A stretch of DNA of 42,373 nt from Candidatus Limnocylindrales bacterium (GTDB lineage: Bacteria > Chloroflexota > Limnocylindria > Limnocylindrales > CSP1-4). The position numbers were made by a program, and so were the translations under genes. The stretch covers positions 1-42,373 of the forward strand of contig JBIOWA010000111.1 in assembly GCA_044868045.1 (NCBI GenBank), given 5' to 3'. The notes below the pieces were generated by a model, which searched no databases, was not told where the DNA came from, and saw only the letters and a program-made list of their open reading frames with translations. Position 1 is the stretch's first letter. The number at the start of each line of letters is the position of its first letter. Of this stretch, positions 1-8,282 are shown piece by piece.

Positions 1-2
1 AC

Positions 3-701
3 GCGGTCGACCAAACCAGCACCGATGTTGGCGAGACGGCGGGCCAACCCGCCACACCCGAGGTAGCGGCGCCCGCGCGTCGGACGCTCATCGGCCCATT
101 CACCGCCCGTCAGGTCGGTTTGGTCAACGCTGCGATCGTTGCGTCGGCCCTTGTCCTGTACGTCGTCACCCGTCCGATCGGCGGCTCCGGTTCGACGAAC
201 GGACCCGATCCGGGAGCCGAGTTCTATCGGATCTCGGCAGAGACGCAGGGTCTCGCCCTCGGCCAGCGCGCCCCCGAGCTTTCTGGCACCGACGGTGTCC
301 GGGAGGTTGCGCTCACCGATCTCGACGGCCGACCAGTGTCGCTCGCGACTCTCCGCGGCCATCCGGTCTGGATCAATTTCTGGGCGACCTGGTGCCCGCC
401 CTGCCAACGCGAGACACCTGTCCTGCGCGACGCCTATGCGAGGCACAAGGACGAAGGTTTGGTGCTTCTCGGTATCGACGTGCAGGAGGACGCAGGCTCG
501 GTCCGCAACTACGCCACGAGGTACCGGCTGACTCACCAGATCGGGCTCGATGTCACCGGCGCTGTCTTCCGGACCTATCTCATCTTCGGGCTACCGAGCC
601 ATTACTTCATCGACCGTGACGGGATCATCCGCGGTCGCTATTTCGGCCCGCTGACGAGCGACCAGGTCGAGCAGCAGCTCGCGGTGATCCTGGCGCCGTA
701 A
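3..701 (+). CDS. TlpA/ResA-like thiol-disulfide oxidoreductase (redoxin), 5' partial
   Basis: INFWATWCPPC thioredoxin motif and N-terminal TM helix; the frame is open back to the window edge, so the true start probably lies upstream. Confidence 0.88.
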   Translation, partial: AVDQTSTDVGETAGQPATPEVAAPARRTLIGPFTARQVGLVNAAIVASALVLYVVTRPIGGSGSTNGPDPGAEFYRISAETQGLALGQRAPELSGTDGVREVALTDLDGRPVSLATLRGHPVWINFWATWCPPCQRETPVLRDAYARHKDEGLVLLGIDVQEDAGSVRNYATRYRLTHQIGLDVTGAVFRTYLIFGLPSHYFIDRDGIIRGRYFGPLTSDQVEQQLAVILAP

Positions 702-806
702 CGGTCGAGGCTGGCGCGGCAAGCCATATTCGCTGCGCGACCCACCATAACTACTACACTCCCAATCGTAGATAACCGCCGACCGTTTCGGAGGAACCCG
801 ATCGAC

Positions 807-1718
807 GTGGCCAGCAAGGGATCTCGATCTGCCCGCCGCCGCCCTCCGCCGACGCCGTGGTGGCGAACGTGGCGAGCCCTGGTTGTCGGCCTCGTCTCAC
901 TCGCAGCCGTCGGCCTCGTCGCCGTGACGGTGCTGTCCGGCTCCGGGCAAACCGATGGCGGTGCGACCGCATGGGCGACGCTCGCGACGCGCGATGTGCA
1001 CTCGCTCGCCTTTGATCCATCGGATCCGCAGCACCTGTACTTCGGTCATCACAATGGCCTCCTCGAGTCACGGGACGGAGGCCGGAGCTGGCAGCCAACG
1101 GGACTCGACGGCGCCGACGCGATGAACGTTCGTCCCGCATCCAGCACGGCGCTGCAGATCGCCGGTCACAACGTCTACCAGGAGACGAGCGATGGTGGCC
1201 GAACGTGGGCACCGGTCCCGAACGACCTGCCGGGCCTCGATCTCCACGCCTTCGTGACCGACCCGGCCGATCCCGCCCACGCCTGGGCGTACGCCGTCGG
1301 TTTCGGCTTGTTCGAGAGCCGGGACCAGGGTCGACACTGGGAGCTACGACAGCCTGGCGACTGGCCCGTATTGGCCGTGACGCGAGCGTCGGGCACGACG
1401 CAGCTGATCGGCCTCTCGGGTGCGGGTCTCGGGGCGAGCCGCGACGGCGCGGTCACCTGGCAGCCACTCACGTCGCCCGGCGGCCAGGTCGCGAGCCTCG
1501 CCGCGACCTCGGATGGCTCGTTGCTGGTGGCCGGAACGACGAACGGGCTTCGTCGGTCCGCCGACGGCGGCAAGACCTGGCAATCGACGAGCTTCAGCGG
1601 GACGGCGGTCACCGTGGCCGTCGCGGCGAGCGACCCCCGGGTCATCGCCGTGGTCGACGAGAAGACTCGCTATTTTCGATCCGAGGACGGCGGTGCGACG
1701 TGGCCCGGGCCGCGCTAG
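807..1718 (+). CDS. Membrane-anchored/secreted BNR (Asp-box) repeat beta-propeller protein
   Basis: Repeated SxDGGxTW Asp-boxes (SRDGGRSW, SDGGRTW, SADGGKTW, SEDGGATW), N-terminal hydrophobic helix, DVH/DLH motifs. Confidence 0.8.
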   Translation: MASKGSRSARRRPPPTPWWRTWRALVVGLVSLAAVGLVAVTVLSGSGQTDGGATAWATLATRDVHSLAFDPSDPQHLYFGHHNGLLESRDGGRSWQPTGLDGADAMNVRPASSTALQIAGHNVYQETSDGGRTWAPVPNDLPGLDLHAFVTDPADPAHAWAYAVGFGLFESRDQGRHWELRQPGDWPVLAVTRASGTTQLIGLSGAGLGASRDGAVTWQPLTSPGGQVASLAATSDGSLLVAGTTNGLRRSADGGKTWQSTSFSGTAVTVAVAASDPRVIAVVDEKTRYFRSEDGGATWPGPR

Positions 1719-1756
1719 GGATCGCCCGAACGCCAAGACGGTATAGGCCGACGAAC

Positions 1757-3835
1757 CTGTTTCGGTTCTTGGCGGCGCTGGCTGCCGCGTTGCTCCTGTT
1801 TGGCGCACCGGCCGAAGCCCTGGCCCACGCCGAGGTCCTGCTCGCGTCACCCGCGCCGGGTACGGGTTTGGCTCAGGCACCGGCCGCGGTCGTCATCAAG
1901 TTCAGCGAACCGCTCAACGTCTCGCTGAGCCGGATCGAGGTCCTCGACGACTCGGGCGCCGACATCGGCAGCGGTCCGAGCCAAGCCGTCGCCGGCGATG
2001 CCGAGGCGATGCGCCGCCCGCTCGGCCTGTTGCCGACTGGGCAATACACGGTCCGCTGGACGAGCGTGTCCGCGGTCGACGGACACACCCTGCGTGGCAG
2101 CTACTCGTTCGCGGTCGGGACGGGGGCCAATCCTGGGACGACGCTGGCCGACAGCCCGCTTGACTCCGAAGGTCCCATTGGGCTGATCGGTCGCTTCGTC
2201 GAGCTCGTCGCGCTCGGCACCTGGCTTGCCTGGGCGCTGCTCGGCCGTGCCTCTCGTCGAGCCGGGCTCGACCCGGCGAAGGTGGCCAGCGTCGGGCGCC
2301 TGGCCCCGGCGGTGGCCTTCGGCGGCGCCCTGCTCTCGCTCGCCTCGACGACGTGGGTCGCGACGGGCTCGCTTGCGGCGATCGGTGCCGTGCTCGCGAG
2401 TCCATCGGGCGAGGCTCGCCTCATAGTCCTCGCGGCCTCCGCAGTTGGCGTCCTCGTCGGGAGGCGATCGGCCGTCGCGGCCTTCGTCCTGGCCGCCGTG
2501 GCGATCGTCGCCGAGGCGTCGTCGGGCCATGCGGCCTCGTCCGTCCTGCCGCCCGTCGCGATCGCGTCGTTCGCGATCCACCTGTCGGCGGTCGGCGTGT
2601 GGGTCTACGCGATCGGCGCCTCGCTCCTCGCCGCTCCGGGCCTCCGCCGCGCGCTCGGGACGTTCACCCCGTACGCCGTGACCGCGGCCGTCGTCCTGGC
2701 CGGGACGGGCCTCGCCAACGCCGTCCTCGAGCTCGCCGATCCGGCCGACCTCGTCGAGACAGGCTATGGCCTCGTTCTCGTCGGAAAGTCACTGGCCTTC
2801 GCACTCATGGCCTCCTTCGGCCTCATGCACTTCGTCTGGCGGCGCCGCCCGACGACCGCCGAACCGAGCCTTCGGGGTCCGCTGCGCGCCGAGGCGACCG
2901 CCGCGACCGCGGCCCTCGTGCTCGCGACGCTCCTCGTCGGGTTTCCGAACCCGCCACGCGAGGCCGAGGCCTCCGCCTCCGAGCTCACGACGACCGATCC
3001 GGTGCTGGCCGAGCTGGGAAATCGTGATGCGCTCTCGATCGCAGACGCGTCGGGGCCGTTCATCGTCGGCCTGACCGTCCTGCCGCCGCGACCCGGCCCG
3101 ACTGAGATCCGCGTCCAGGTCCTCGGCGTCGACGCCGGAGACGGCTTGCGAAATGCCCGCTTCAGGGCGACCACGGGCCCCGCGCCCGTCGACGTGCTAC
3201 TGACTCGGACCTGCGGCCTCGGCTGCTTCGCAGGCACCACGACCTTCGCGAATGATGGCGATTGGCAGCTGAGAGTCGAGATCGACTCCAACCGGGGTCC
3301 GATCTCGATGTCTGCGACAGTGCCCCTTCCGGCGCCCGACGGTGGAGCCGCGCTCGCCCGAACGCTCACCGCGGAGGAATCGTTGAAGTCGGCCGTCATG
3401 ACCGAGCGGCTGAGCAGCAGCGTGGATGGCCCGGCATACGTCTCGATCTACCGCTTCCAGGCACCCGACCGAGCGGAGATCACGCTCAACGACTCGACCC
3501 AGATCCTCATCGGCGAGGAGCGGTTCAGCCGCGAAGGAAACGGCCCTTGGGAGAAGGCCGCGTTCCCACCTCCAGGCTTCAGCTGGCCGTCGGGCTACTA
3601 CCGCGACTTCTGGGCAGGCGCCGAGGCGGCGCGGATCATAGGCACCGACACGGTCGATGGCATGCCAACGCAGGTCCTCACGTTCGTGCGGCCGGATGTG
3701 CCCGCCTGGTTCCGGGTCTGGGTGAGTCAGTCCGACGGGATCATCCAGCGCGAGGAGATGCGGGCCGAGGGCCACATCATGGATCACACGTTCGCCGACC
3801 TGAACGGCCCGATCTCGGTGCAGCCGCCGCCATAG
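1757..3835 (+). CDS. Copper resistance CopC-CopD fusion with extra C-terminal extracytoplasmic domains
   Basis: Signal peptide then AHA...SP; CopC motif VRWTSVSAVDGH; CopD-like TM region (SGHA, IHL); start approximate (CTG 1757 or TTG 1769). Confidence 0.82.
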   Translation: MFRFLAALAAALLLFGAPAEALAHAEVLLASPAPGTGLAQAPAAVVIKFSEPLNVSLSRIEVLDDSGADIGSGPSQAVAGDAEAMRRPLGLLPTGQYTVRWTSVSAVDGHTLRGSYSFAVGTGANPGTTLADSPLDSEGPIGLIGRFVELVALGTWLAWALLGRASRRAGLDPAKVASVGRLAPAVAFGGALLSLASTTWVATGSLAAIGAVLASPSGEARLIVLAASAVGVLVGRRSAVAAFVLAAVAIVAEASSGHAASSVLPPVAIASFAIHLSAVGVWVYAIGASLLAAPGLRRALGTFTPYAVTAAVVLAGTGLANAVLELADPADLVETGYGLVLVGKSLAFALMASFGLMHFVWRRRPTTAEPSLRGPLRAEATAATAALVLATLLVGFPNPPREAEASASELTTTDPVLAELGNRDALSIADASGPFIVGLTVLPPRPGPTEIRVQVLGVDAGDGLRNARFRATTGPAPVDVLLTRTCGLGCFAGTTTFANDGDWQLRVEIDSNRGPISMSATVPLPAPDGGAALARTLTAEESLKSAVMTERLSSSVDGPAYVSIYRFQAPDRAEITLNDSTQILIGEERFSREGNGPWEKAAFPPPGFSWPSGYYRDFWAGAEAARIIGTDTVDGMPTQVLTFVRPDVPAWFRVWVSQSDGIIQREEMRAEGHIMDHTFADLNGPISVQPPP

Positions 3836-3856
3836 GCCGGCGACATGCCGCCCGTC

Positions 3857-4243
3857 TAACAACGACGGAGGACGTCGTCCGCGACGGGCTCGATGACCGC
3901 GTTCGGGCGGCGCAGGCCGCGGAGCGCTGCTGCCTTTGGCGACAGCTTCCGCGGCGAGCCAGTTGCCGAACACTCGGAGCGTCCGGACGTATCCGGCGAC
4001 GCTGACCGGGGCGAGGGGTCGTCCGGAGGTCGACGAGTCAGGCACGCAGCGCGGCCGGGTCGAAACCGTCAACTGCCGATCCTGTCCGAGCGATCGGATG
4101 AGCCGGGTCCGGATCATCCGGTACCACTCGATCGGTCGCCGTGATGCACCCTCGGCCATCTTCGCGCCGAGGAGCAGTTCGACTGCCCGCCCGAGGACCA
4201 GGTGCCCGCGTGAGTAAGCTGCCCACAGATCAGAGTGCCGCAC
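3857..4243 (-). pseudogene. Tyrosine recombinase/integrase N-terminal remnant (frameshifted, truncated)
   Basis: LGRAVELLLGAKMAEGASRRPIEWYRMI...LAPVSVAGYVRTLRVFGNWL, then LRGLRRPNAVIEPVADDVLRR* in another frame; resembles an integrase SAM-like core-binding domain; begins ~70 bp from the tRNA 3' end; no catalytic domain. Confidence 0.65.
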
Positions 4244-4311
4244 GCATGACTGGGCGGTTCAGACCCAAGATGTTGTGATTCGGACTTGTGGAGCGCGACA
4301 TCATGTGGTGT

Positions 4312-4386
4312 TGGCTGGCGAGGAAGGATTCGAACCTTCGATCTCCTGATCCAGAGTCAGGCGCCTTACCGCTTGGCCACTCGCCA
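4312..4386 (-). tRNA. tRNA-Gln(CTG), intact
   Basis: TGGCGAG/CTCGCCA acceptor stem, CCTGA-CTCTGGA-TCAGG anticodon arm, GAAGG-TTCGAAT-CCTTC T-arm, encoded CCA. Confidence 0.97.
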
Positions 4387-4684
4387 GTGCCTGAACGGAG
4401 ATCGAACCTCGTTCGGTCTTCGATCGGGGATGAGTCAGGTGCCCATCCCAAAATGAATCACGTGCCATCCGGAAAACCGGACGATTCTGATGCCCTAGGG
4501 GCGTTCCGAGTCTACCGCAGGCTGGGCGCCTCGGCCTGGCGACCAACGACCGAACGTCGGCCGCCGGAACTCGTGGCACTGCGGCTCGCAGAAGGCTGAG
4601 GGGTCCGAGTGTGAACGAGGAGTCCGCGCAGCAATCGACGCGGGGGGAAGCGTCATCGCGCGCATGAACTCCTCGCACACGAAA

Positions 4685-4735
4685 TGGTACAGTGAGCGAG
4701 TCGCTCATGTTCTGATAGATTTGAGTAGATTTGTG
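4685..4735 (+). promoter_or_regulatory. Extended -10 promoter and tandem direct-repeat operator of the heme operon
   Basis: TGGTACAGT at 4685-4693; TAGATTTG at 4716-4723 and 4726-4733 (10-bp period), an AT-rich patch overlapping the GTG start. Confidence 0.55.
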
Positions 4736-5431
4736 ACTCGTCGTCCGCTCCGTGATCCCGATTGGGTGGGCCTGTCGGAGGCCAGTCGAGTCCTCGGTAT
4801 CTCGCCCGCCACGCTACGCCGCTGGAGCGACGCCGGCCGCCTCCGGGTGTTCACGACGCCCGGTGGTCACCGACGGTTTTCCCGCGCGGCGCTCGAGCGC
4901 CTCCTCCCGGCCGATCGCTCTAGGCGCCCGTCGATCAGCGATGGCGGTCTGACGCCGAGCCGGATCGCGAGAACCTACAGGCGAGCGAGCCGCGAGGTCG
5001 CGCCCGAACTGCCCTGGGTCCTGACCCTCACCGACGAGCAGCGCCTGCTGTTCCGCGAGCGTGGCCACGTTCTCGCTGCGAGCCTCCTCCAGTATCTCGA
5101 CGCGACGCGGCCCGACACCGCGGCGCATCACCTGAACGAGGCGTCCGGCTCCGCCGCCGAGTACGGCAGTGTCGCTGCCGCGCTCGGGCTCTCGCTCAGC
5201 CAGACCATCGAGGGGTTCCTGCGTTTCCGCGCGCCGTTCCACCACGAGCTCGCAGTCACGGCTCGCCGACGGGGCTTCGACACGGCCGAGACGACCGACC
5301 TCCTCGAGACCGCCGAACGGGCGATGGACAGCCTGCTCGTTGCCACGATGACGGGCCACAGCCGGGCGACGGCCCGGAGCAGGGCCCAGCCGGCCGTCGC
5401 GACGACTGTCGCTGCGGAGCCAGAGGCGTGA
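4733..5431 (+). CDS. Excisionase/BldC/MerR-like HTH regulator with all-helical (RsbRD-N/globin-like) C-terminal domain
   Basis: WVGLSEASRVLGISPATLRRWSDAGRL..FTTPGGHRRF is HTH_17/MerR-type; C-terminal EYGSVAAALGLSLSQTIEGFLRFR; stop overlaps hemA start. Confidence 0.8.
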   Translation: MTRRPLRDPDWVGLSEASRVLGISPATLRRWSDAGRLRVFTTPGGHRRFSRAALERLLPADRSRRPSISDGGLTPSRIARTYRRASREVAPELPWVLTLTDEQRLLFRERGHVLAASLLQYLDATRPDTAAHHLNEASGSAAEYGSVAAALGLSLSQTIEGFLRFRAPFHHELAVTARRRGFDTAETTDLLETAERAMDSLLVATMTGHSRATARSRAQPAVATTVAAEPEA

Positions 5432-6597
5432 TAGACGCGACGCCCGGTTCGGTCGTCGCCCTGACGTCCCACGCACGCGGAGTCCCAGCCGTCGAGCGTG
5501 AGCGATTCGCCCAGCGACTGCATTGCCAACTGGCCGATCGCGCACTCATCCTCGAGACCTGCCACCGCGTGGACGCGTTCGCCATCATCGAGCGGGACGC
5601 GCCGCGGCTCGCAGACGACGTCTCGGTCCCGGCCGGCGGACGGGTGCTGACCGGCGAGGACGCCGTCCGGCACGCAATCAGCGTCGCCGCCGGGCGCGAC
5701 TCGGTCGTGATCGGCGAGGATCAGGTCCTTCATCAGCTTCGGACGTCGCTTGACAGGGCTCGCGCTGGAGGACGGCTCGATCCGGCGCTCGAGCGCTTGT
5801 TCGCGATCGCCTTGCGGGCGGGACGCCGGGCGAGGTCGTGGCGTCAGGGACCGCAAGGCTCACTTGCCGACCTCGCGGTCTCATCAATCGAGCGGCAGCG
5901 TGGTCCGCTCAGCGGTCGCGACGTCCTCGTCGTCGGGGCCGGCCAGATGGGCCGGCTCGCCGCCCGAGCCGCGGCGCGGGCCGGGGCGTCGGTCACCGTG
6001 GCCAACCGATCTGCCGGCTCGGCGGAGGCGCTCGCGACGGCGATCGGTGGCCGGATCGAGCCGTTCGACCCTGGTCCGGGAATCACTGGCTTCGCCGGCG
6101 TCGTCGTCGCGCTGGCCGGGCCGTGGCCGATCGGGGCGATGACCATCGACGCCTTGGCCACGAGTGAGACCGTCGTGGTCGATCTGTCGGTGCCGGCCGC
6201 CATCCCGGCCCGGGCAGCCGAACCCCTCGGCCGGCGTCTGATCACGGCCGATGACCTCGCCCTCGTCGAGTCGGGCCCACGTCCGCGCCGGGACGGGCCG
6301 CCCGACCGGGTCGATGCGCTGATAGACGGAGCGACGGCCGAGTTCGTCGCCTGGCAGGAGGGACGCGATCGACGGGCGGCGGCCGAAGCGCTCGTGCAGC
6401 TCGCGGATCGCGAACGCGAGGCCGAGCTGACGGCGCTCTGGCGCCGTTTGCCGAACCTCGAGCCGGAGGCGCGCGACGCAATCGAGGGGATGACCCGCCA
6501 CCTAGCCGATCGTCTCCTTCGAGCCCCGCTTGAGCGTCTGGGCCGGGACAACGACGGTCGTGACGAGCGAGTGATCCGGGACATCTTCGCCCTGTGA
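5428..6597 (+). CDS. hemA: Glutamyl-tRNA reductase (divergent)
   Basis: ETCHR catalytic Cys motif, GRDSVVIGEDQ, GAGQMG NADPH loop, VANRS; operon context. Confidence 0.88.
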   Translation: MIDATPGSVVALTSHARGVPAVERERFAQRLHCQLADRALILETCHRVDAFAIIERDAPRLADDVSVPAGGRVLTGEDAVRHAISVAAGRDSVVIGEDQVLHQLRTSLDRARAGGRLDPALERLFAIALRAGRRARSWRQGPQGSLADLAVSSIERQRGPLSGRDVLVVGAGQMGRLAARAAARAGASVTVANRSAGSAEALATAIGGRIEPFDPGPGITGFAGVVVALAGPWPIGAMTIDALATSETVVVDLSVPAAIPARAAEPLGRRLITADDLALVESGPRPRRDGPPDRVDALIDGATAEFVAWQEGRDRRAAAEALVQLADREREAELTALWRRLPNLEPEARDAIEGMTRHLADRLLRAPLERLGRDNDGRDERVIRDIFAL

Positions 6598-8282
6598 ACA
6601 GTCACGAGATCGCCATCGGCTCCCGGGGCAGCCCACTTGCCCTCGCCCAGGCGCGGCTCGTTCACGACGCGCTGGCACGTGAGGGCCGAGCATGCCGGAT
6701 CGTGATCATCGAAACCGAGGGCGATCGCCGGGCGCCCGACACGGCCTGGGGGGAGGGCGCCTTCGTCGCCGCGATCGAGCTTGCCCTGCTGGCCGGCCGC
6801 GTCGACGTCGCGGTCCACAGCGCGAAGGACATCCCCACCGACGAGGATCCGCGGCTGCGGATTGCCGCCTATCTGACGCGGGCCGACCCGCGCGACGCGC
6901 TTGTCGTCCGGGCCGACGCTAGCGAACGATCGATCGCCGACCTGCCGCTTGGGGCTCGTGTCGGGACCGACAGCCCGCGACGGACCGGCTTCCTGCGCGC
7001 CTGGCGGCCCGACCTCGCGGTCCATCCGCTGCACGGCAATGTCGACACCCGCCTGCGCCGACTCGATGACGGTGAGACTGACGCCCTCGTGCTCGCCTGC
7101 GCCGGGCTGGACCGGATGGGCCTCGGCGGGCGGATCGCCGAGCGGCTCGCACCCGAGACGCTGCCACCGGCACCGGGCCAGGGCGCGATCGCGATCCAGA
7201 TCCGCCGTGACGACCCTCGGCTGCTTGGGCTTGCAACCGCCGTCGACGATCTACGGACGCGCCAGGCCGTCGAGGCCGAGCGCACATTCCTCAAGGCATC
7301 GGGAGGCGGGTGCCGCGCACCCATCGGCGCGCTGGCGACGATCGCCGGCGACCGGATCGACCTCGTCGGAGGCTACGCGAGCCCGGATGGATCTGCTGCG
7401 GCGGTCGCACGGCGCCGCGGTCCAGTTGGCTCCGGCGAGGCACTGGCGCGAGAGCTCGCGGCGGAACTCGACCCGGGAGCGCGCACGCGCATGAGCGACG
7501 TCGGGGACCGGCGCTCGACGGCTCGTCGCGTCCTCGTGACGCGGACCGCCGGGCAGGCGGACGAGCTCGTCGCGGCGCTTCGCGACGTGGGGCACGTTCC
7601 CGTCTCCGTTCCCACGATCGCGATCGAGCACGAACCTCCGCGTGGCGAGCTCGATGCCGCGGCCCGGCATATCGGTTTCTACGCGTGGGTGGTGATCACG
7701 AGCACGAACGGGGCGCGCGCGATCCTCAAGGCCGCGGAGCGCGTCTTCACCCCGTTCGAGGCGTCCCGTTTCGCGGCGATCGGGTCGGCCACCCGGAGTG
7801 CCCTGGAGGTCGAGGGGGTCGATGTCGACTTTCAACCGAGCCATGGGGGATCGGCGGCGCTGGCGGCCGAGCTGCCGGTGAGCCCGGGCGATCGGGTGCT
7901 CGTCATCCGCGGCGATCTCGCCGGGGATGAGGTGGCGGTCGCCCTCCGAGCACGTGGGGCAGAGGTCGACGACGTGATTGCGTACCGGACGCGCGAAGCT
8001 CCCGAGAGTTCGCGAGTCCTGCTCCGGCGGGCCCTGTCGGACTGGCCCATCGCCGCCGTCATCTTCACCAGCGGTTCGACGGTCCGAGGCCTGGTCGCGC
8101 TCGGACGCGACGCGTCGATGGATGTCCTGTCCATGCCGTGCGTCTGCATCGGTCCGGAAACCGCCGACGAGGCACGGGCGGCAGGTTTCCGGATCCTCGC
8201 CGTCGCCGCAACACCGGACTCGGCCGCGCTCGCGAGGGCCACCGCCCGCGCCTTGGCCGTCCGGCCACAGGAGATCCCATGA
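6594..8282 (+). CDS. hemC: Hydroxymethylbilane synthase fused to uroporphyrinogen-III synthase (HemC-HemD)
   Basis: IGSRGSPLALAQA, VHSAKD, GNVDTRL, GGCRAPIG; C-terminal RVLVTR...ITSTNG...FTSGSTV..CIGPET HemD domain. Confidence 0.95.
   Translation: MNSHEIAIGSRGSPLALAQARLVHDALAREGRACRIVIIETEGDRRAPDTAWGEGAFVAAIELALLAGRVDVAVHSAKDIPTDEDPRLRIAAYLTRADPRDALVVRADASERSIADLPLGARVGTDSPRRTGFLRAWRPDLAVHPLHGNVDTRLRRLDDGETDALVLACAGLDRMGLGGRIAERLAPETLPPAPGQGAIAIQIRRDDPRLLGLATAVDDLRTRQAVEAERTFLKASGGGCRAPIGALATIAGDRIDLVGGYASPDGSAAAVARRRGPVGSGEALARELAAELDPGARTRMSDVGDRRSTARRVLVTRTAGQADELVAALRDVGHVPVSVPTIAIEHEPPRGELDAAARHIGFYAWVVITSTNGARAILKAAERVFTPFEASRFAAIGSATRSALEVEGVDVDFQPSHGGSAALAAELPVSPGDRVLVIRGDLAGDEVAVALRARGAEVDDVIAYRTREAPESSRVLLRRALSDWPIAAVIFTSGSTVRGLVALGRDASMDVLSMPCVCIGPETADEARAAGFRILAVAATPDSAALARATARALAVRPQEIP

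Noticed and set aside
1205-1756. N-terminal extension of the 876-aa ORF
   Set aside because: Overlaps the BNR gene in another frame; the CopC signal peptide starts near 1757-1769
4398-4444. Possible third decayed tRNA copy or hairpin (GATCGAA/TTCGATC)
   Set aside because: Only short patches match and no cloverleaf can be built
4230-4708. Short ORFs over the tRNA (also 24263-24574)
   Set aside because: They are translations of the tRNA sequence; their shared peptide (SPDPESGALP) only reflects the tRNA duplication
4733-5431. Calling the regulator CarH/LitR (B12 photoreceptor) or an island excisionase
   Set aside because: No ExH/DxHxxG cobalamin-binding Rossmann domain; too long for an Xis and coupled to hemA
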